Shown one piece after another: positions 27,240-30,144 of a stretch of DNA of 30,144 nt. The notes under the pieces are model-generated. The model did not search any database. It saw only the letters and a list, made by a program, of their open reading frames with translations, and was not told where the DNA came from. Every line of letters begins with the position of its first letter. Within the stretch, counting starts at the first letter, position 1. Source of the DNA: a virus (Duplodnaviria; Caudoviricetes); IMG/VR virus record IMGVR_UViG_3300043414_000571, positions 1-30,144 of that record; one strand, 5' to 3'. The translations under genes were made by a program, and so were the position numbers.

Positions 27240-30144
27240 ATGACTTGTACTTACCGATTTGTAGGCGCTAACGGTAAGCAGACAGTCATCACCGGCCAAG
27301 CTGCGTTTAAAGCTTTTCTTGCTGACGGTGGACTGGAGCAATTGCTTGGCGCTAAAGATACTAATAGCCCTTTTAAAATTTCGTTTAGCACCCGCCAGCA
27401 GCCGCCTAGTACTTGGCCGCTTGTTGAAGAACCAAAGGGGCCTCAAGCAAAAGCTGGGGAGTCCATTACCGTATTACGTTTAGCTAGTATGGAAGGCCTT
27501 GACAACGTGAACGCTGCTAGCGTTCAAGGTTTGTACACCTACCTTTCAATGGTTGATGATTCTGAAACCAATGCGGGCAGTGAAGCCGCGGGTTCAAATA
27601 CGATTTACGCATACAAAGTTCAAGTGCCTGAAGGTGGCTTTGGCGAATACTCCATGATGCGTGGGGGCAAAGCAAAGCTCGATGAAAAAATAACTAAAGC
27701 TGGCCGTGAAGACGCGAAGTACGGCGGGTATTGGTATTCTTTTCCTGAAGGCACCGAAGCCGAATTACTAGGTTCTATTTCACTGGACGTTGCTCGGGAC
27801 GCCGCTTTAAAAGTTGAACTCGCGCGCAGGGAATTTCCTTTATCCGAAAGAGAACTCGAAAGATACAAAGGTAATTTTGACAGGATAGGCACTGTTGCCG
27901 GCACGGAAGCTTTGCTTAATGCGCTGGGCCTGCAATTCAGCACTCGCCAAGCAAACGTGCTTGCCCGAGTTCCTGAATTAGAGTCTGCTGCTCAAGGCGT
28001 CAAAGAAGGCACCGTTACCAAAGACCAGTACGATAAGCTTGTCAACAAACTCAAGCCAGTTACCCCCTACGCAGAAGTGCCTGCGCCTGCTACGCAAGCG
28101 GACATGGAGCGCGGTCTTACCAGTGACAAGGTTGAACGCATTGGCATTCCATCTGAAACATTAAAAGCCGGCGATCCTGTTGGCATTCGTCTCGACATTC
28201 CAGCCTACTCTAACCACGGTGTGTGGGTGGTATCCGTGCATGAGCAAGAAGCTGGCTACGCTGCTGGTAAATCCATCGGCTATGAAAGCGTGGCCGCAGT
28301 TACCAACCCAACGTTTGGCGTGGTAGAGAAAGCCGCTCTTGCTATTGCAGGCGGCAAGCCGAAAGCAACGATTGCTGTAATGAAGGGTGACTGGAAACCG
28401 ATCACACCGAAACAGGCTTCGACCACTGCAAAGATGGCGATGAAGGGTGACAATTGGGTGCAGGTTGGTATGGACCCGACACGTCATGCTTACTTCTACG
28501 ATCGCGACAGCATGGAACCTGTGGTGTCTGCTGACGAAGCTGTGCAGATTGGCCCACTGGTATTGGCAAAGAATCCGGTGTATGGAAAAAAGTCGGATTT
28601 CGCTTTTAGCAAACGTCAGGAAATACGCGACGCCGCGGATGCTATTGCGAAGATGGACCCTGACGTTCGCGACAATACTTACCTTGGCGATTTCCCCGGC
28701 GCGGCTACTGGTTACATGCTGTACGAAGCGCGCCAGATGCTTAAAAAACCTACCGAAAAATTAAAGCGCATTAACGAAAACAACAGCTTTGCTTTGTGGC
28801 AGCAGTTTGATTACATAGCCAACGTTGACGGCGAATATTTTGGTGTTGCTAAACAAGAAGACCCGGATGAGCCGGATGATGAATCGCAATTTGTTTATTC
28901 GTTTGAACCCCTTGATACTTCTAATGACGGGGCAACTACGGGCACGTCCGATACCGCAGAATTATTTAAAGAGATGCGTGCTTCTCTCGGCAATGCCCCG
29001 GCATTTAGCAAGCAACAAGACATTGGTGCCGCACTGGAAGACCGTGTCGATAATGACTTTGACGCGCTGGTGAAAGAGTACAACCGGATTGATGGCACCG
29101 ACGGCGGCAAAGTTTTAGACACCGACATCGCACGGGAGTTGTCGCCTGAATACCGGGCTGACCGTTCACGCGCAGGCGAAGTGCATGAGGCCGTCAGCAA
29201 ATTCATTGACAAGCTTTATCAAGAACGTATTGAGAACACCAGCCCCGATGGCGTTGTCGTGTTCATGGCAGGCGGCGGTGGCGCAGGCAAGTCCAGCGCG
29301 GGCGAACTGATATCCGATGTATTTGAAATGGCAGACATCATTTACGACGGCACGCTGTCTACATACAACAAAGCGGAGAGGCGTATCCAGTCGGCGCTTG
29401 ATGCGGGTCAGGACGTGTACATCTCCTACATCTACCGCGAACCTATAGACGCGTTGCGCAATGGCGTGTTGTCTCGCGCCATGAATACCGGCCGCACAGT
29501 TCCTTTGGATGGTCTGGTCAAGGGCCATGCCGGTTCCAGCGAGACGGTGAACAGGTTGCAAGAAAAGTTTGGCAACGATCCAGCATTTAAGATTTATGCC
29601 ATAGATAACTCGAGAGGTTTTGGAAAAGCAGAACTTGTCCCATTAACAAGCATACCCCGTGTTAACATAGAGGGGCTTAAAGAGGAATTTGAAAATGCGA
29701 CCAATGAAGAGTACGAAGCCGGTCGAATCAGTGAAGCGGTCTACAGAGCGACCGTCGGAGAAAGTGTTGCTGCGACGCAAGCTGATCGAAAGCAAAATGA
29801 AGAAAGCGTTCGCCGAGGGCGTGAGTCTGGCAGGGAAAGAAACGCCGTAAGCTTTAGCAACCGCAACATCTTCAACCAGCCAGCGCCTTTGGCCAACTGG
29901 ACTGCACCGCTTCAAACCAAAGCAGACACCCTAATCTACGCCCTGCAAAATAAACTCATTGACACCAAGCGTGTCATTGAAGCAATCAATCAAACCGGCA
30001 AACAGATAGACGAAGACTGGAATGTCTATCTTCAGGAAGAACTATTTCACGGCCGTACTGCCAAACAAACCACTGACTTTTTGCAGACCGAACTTCGGCC
30101 TCTGGTCGAGGACATGCAGAAACGCGGCGTAGACCTTCCTGATT
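27240..30144 (+). CDS. Second large polyvalent protein (3'-truncated, at least 968 codons) with a zeta-toxin-like P-loop kinase domain; absent from the ORF track
   Basis: GAGGG SD, ATG at 27240 (MTCTYRFVGANGKQ...); hand translation finds no stop to the window end. Contains VVVFMAGGGGAGKSS, IIYDGTL, GRTVP, AIDNS. Confidence 0.88.
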   Translation, partial: MTCTYRFVGANGKQTVITGQAAFKAFLADGGLEQLLGAKDTNSPFKISFSTRQQPPSTWPLVEEPKGPQAKAGESITVLRLASMEGLDNVNAASVQGLYTYLSMVDDSETNAGSEAAGSNTIYAYKVQVPEGGFGEYSMMRGGKAKLDEKITKAGREDAKYGGYWYSFPEGTEAELLGSISLDVARDAALKVELARREFPLSERELERYKGNFDRIGTVAGTEALLNALGLQFSTRQANVLARVPELESAAQGVKEGTVTKDQYDKLVNKLKPVTPYAEVPAPATQADMERGLTSDKVERIGIPSETLKAGDPVGIRLDIPAYSNHGVWVVSVHEQEAGYAAGKSIGYESVAAVTNPTFGVVEKAALAIAGGKPKATIAVMKGDWKPITPKQASTTAKMAMKGDNWVQVGMDPTRHAYFYDRDSMEPVVSADEAVQIGPLVLAKNPVYGKKSDFAFSKRQEIRDAADAIAKMDPDVRDNTYLGDFPGAATGYMLYEARQMLKKPTEKLKRINENNSFALWQQFDYIANVDGEYFGVAKQEDPDEPDDESQFVYSFEPLDTSNDGATTGTSDTAELFKEMRASLGNAPAFSKQQDIGAALEDRVDNDFDALVKEYNRIDGTDGGKVLDTDIARELSPEYRADRSRAGEVHEAVSKFIDKLYQERIENTSPDGVVVFMAGGGGAGKSSAGELISDVFEMADIIYDGTLSTYNKAERRIQSALDAGQDVYISYIYREPIDALRNGVLSRAMNTGRTVPLDGLVKGHAGSSETVNRLQEKFGNDPAFKIYAIDNSRGFGKAELVPLTSIPRVNIEGLKEEFENATNEEYEAGRISEAVYRATVGESVAATQADRKQNEESVRRGRESGRERNAVSFSNRNIFNQPAPLANWTAPLQTKADTLIYALQNKLIDTKRVIEAINQTGKQIDEDWNVYLQEELFHGRTAKQTTDFLQTELRPLVEDMQKRGVDLPD
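29695..29850 (+). CDS. Nested +1-frame small ORF D (51 aa)
   Basis: AGAGGA (29681-29686) then ATG; MRPMKSTKPVESVKRSTERPSEKVLLRRKLIESKMKKAFAEGVSLAGKETP. The stop abuts the FSNRN linker. Confidence 0.45.
   Translation: MRPMKSTKPVESVKRSTERPSEKVLLRRKLIESKMKKAFAEGVSLAGKETP

Noticed and set aside
28447-29073. +1-frame ORFs 28447-28764 and 28825-29073 as further nested genes
   Set aside because: They overlap globular-looking main-frame sequence, one crosses a linker, starts and SDs are weak, and the products look like frame shadows. They do show that open +1 frames arise by chance here.
53-29915. Numerous minus-strand ORFs in the track
   Set aside because: All lie antisense to well-supported + strand genes and have no recognisable motifs; treated as shadow ORFs.
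1-30144. CRISPR array, tRNA/rRNA genes, integrase or IS element, alternative genetic code
   Set aside because: No spaced repeat array, RNA gene pattern or recombinase motif seen; genes tile the window under the standard code.

Overview
This window is the late (virion-assembly) region of a tailed dsDNA phage or prophage with a podovirus-type layout, and all credible genes are on the + strand. The order is: terminase large subunit (5'-truncated), portal, scaffold, N4-gp56-type major capsid protein, decoration and head-tail/nozzle proteins, two tail-fibre-like genes, a lysis block (membrane proteins, 3TM holin, GH24 endolysin), several probable ejection proteins, a 1632-aa polyvalent protein, a ferritin, and a second polyvalent protein. 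The second one (27240 to the window end) is missing from the supplied ORF track and was translated by hand. The best candidate for an undescribed system lies in the two polyvalent genes. Their predicted effector domains (zincin metallopeptidase, ART-like, HhH-glycosylase-like, rearranged zeta-type kinase) are separated by a recurring F-S-x-R-Q linker. Each of these four domains has beside it a 51-58 aa ORF nested in the +1 frame with its own SD-like site, possibly an overprinted immunity or inhibitor gene. All family assignments come from motif recognition by eye; no database search was run.
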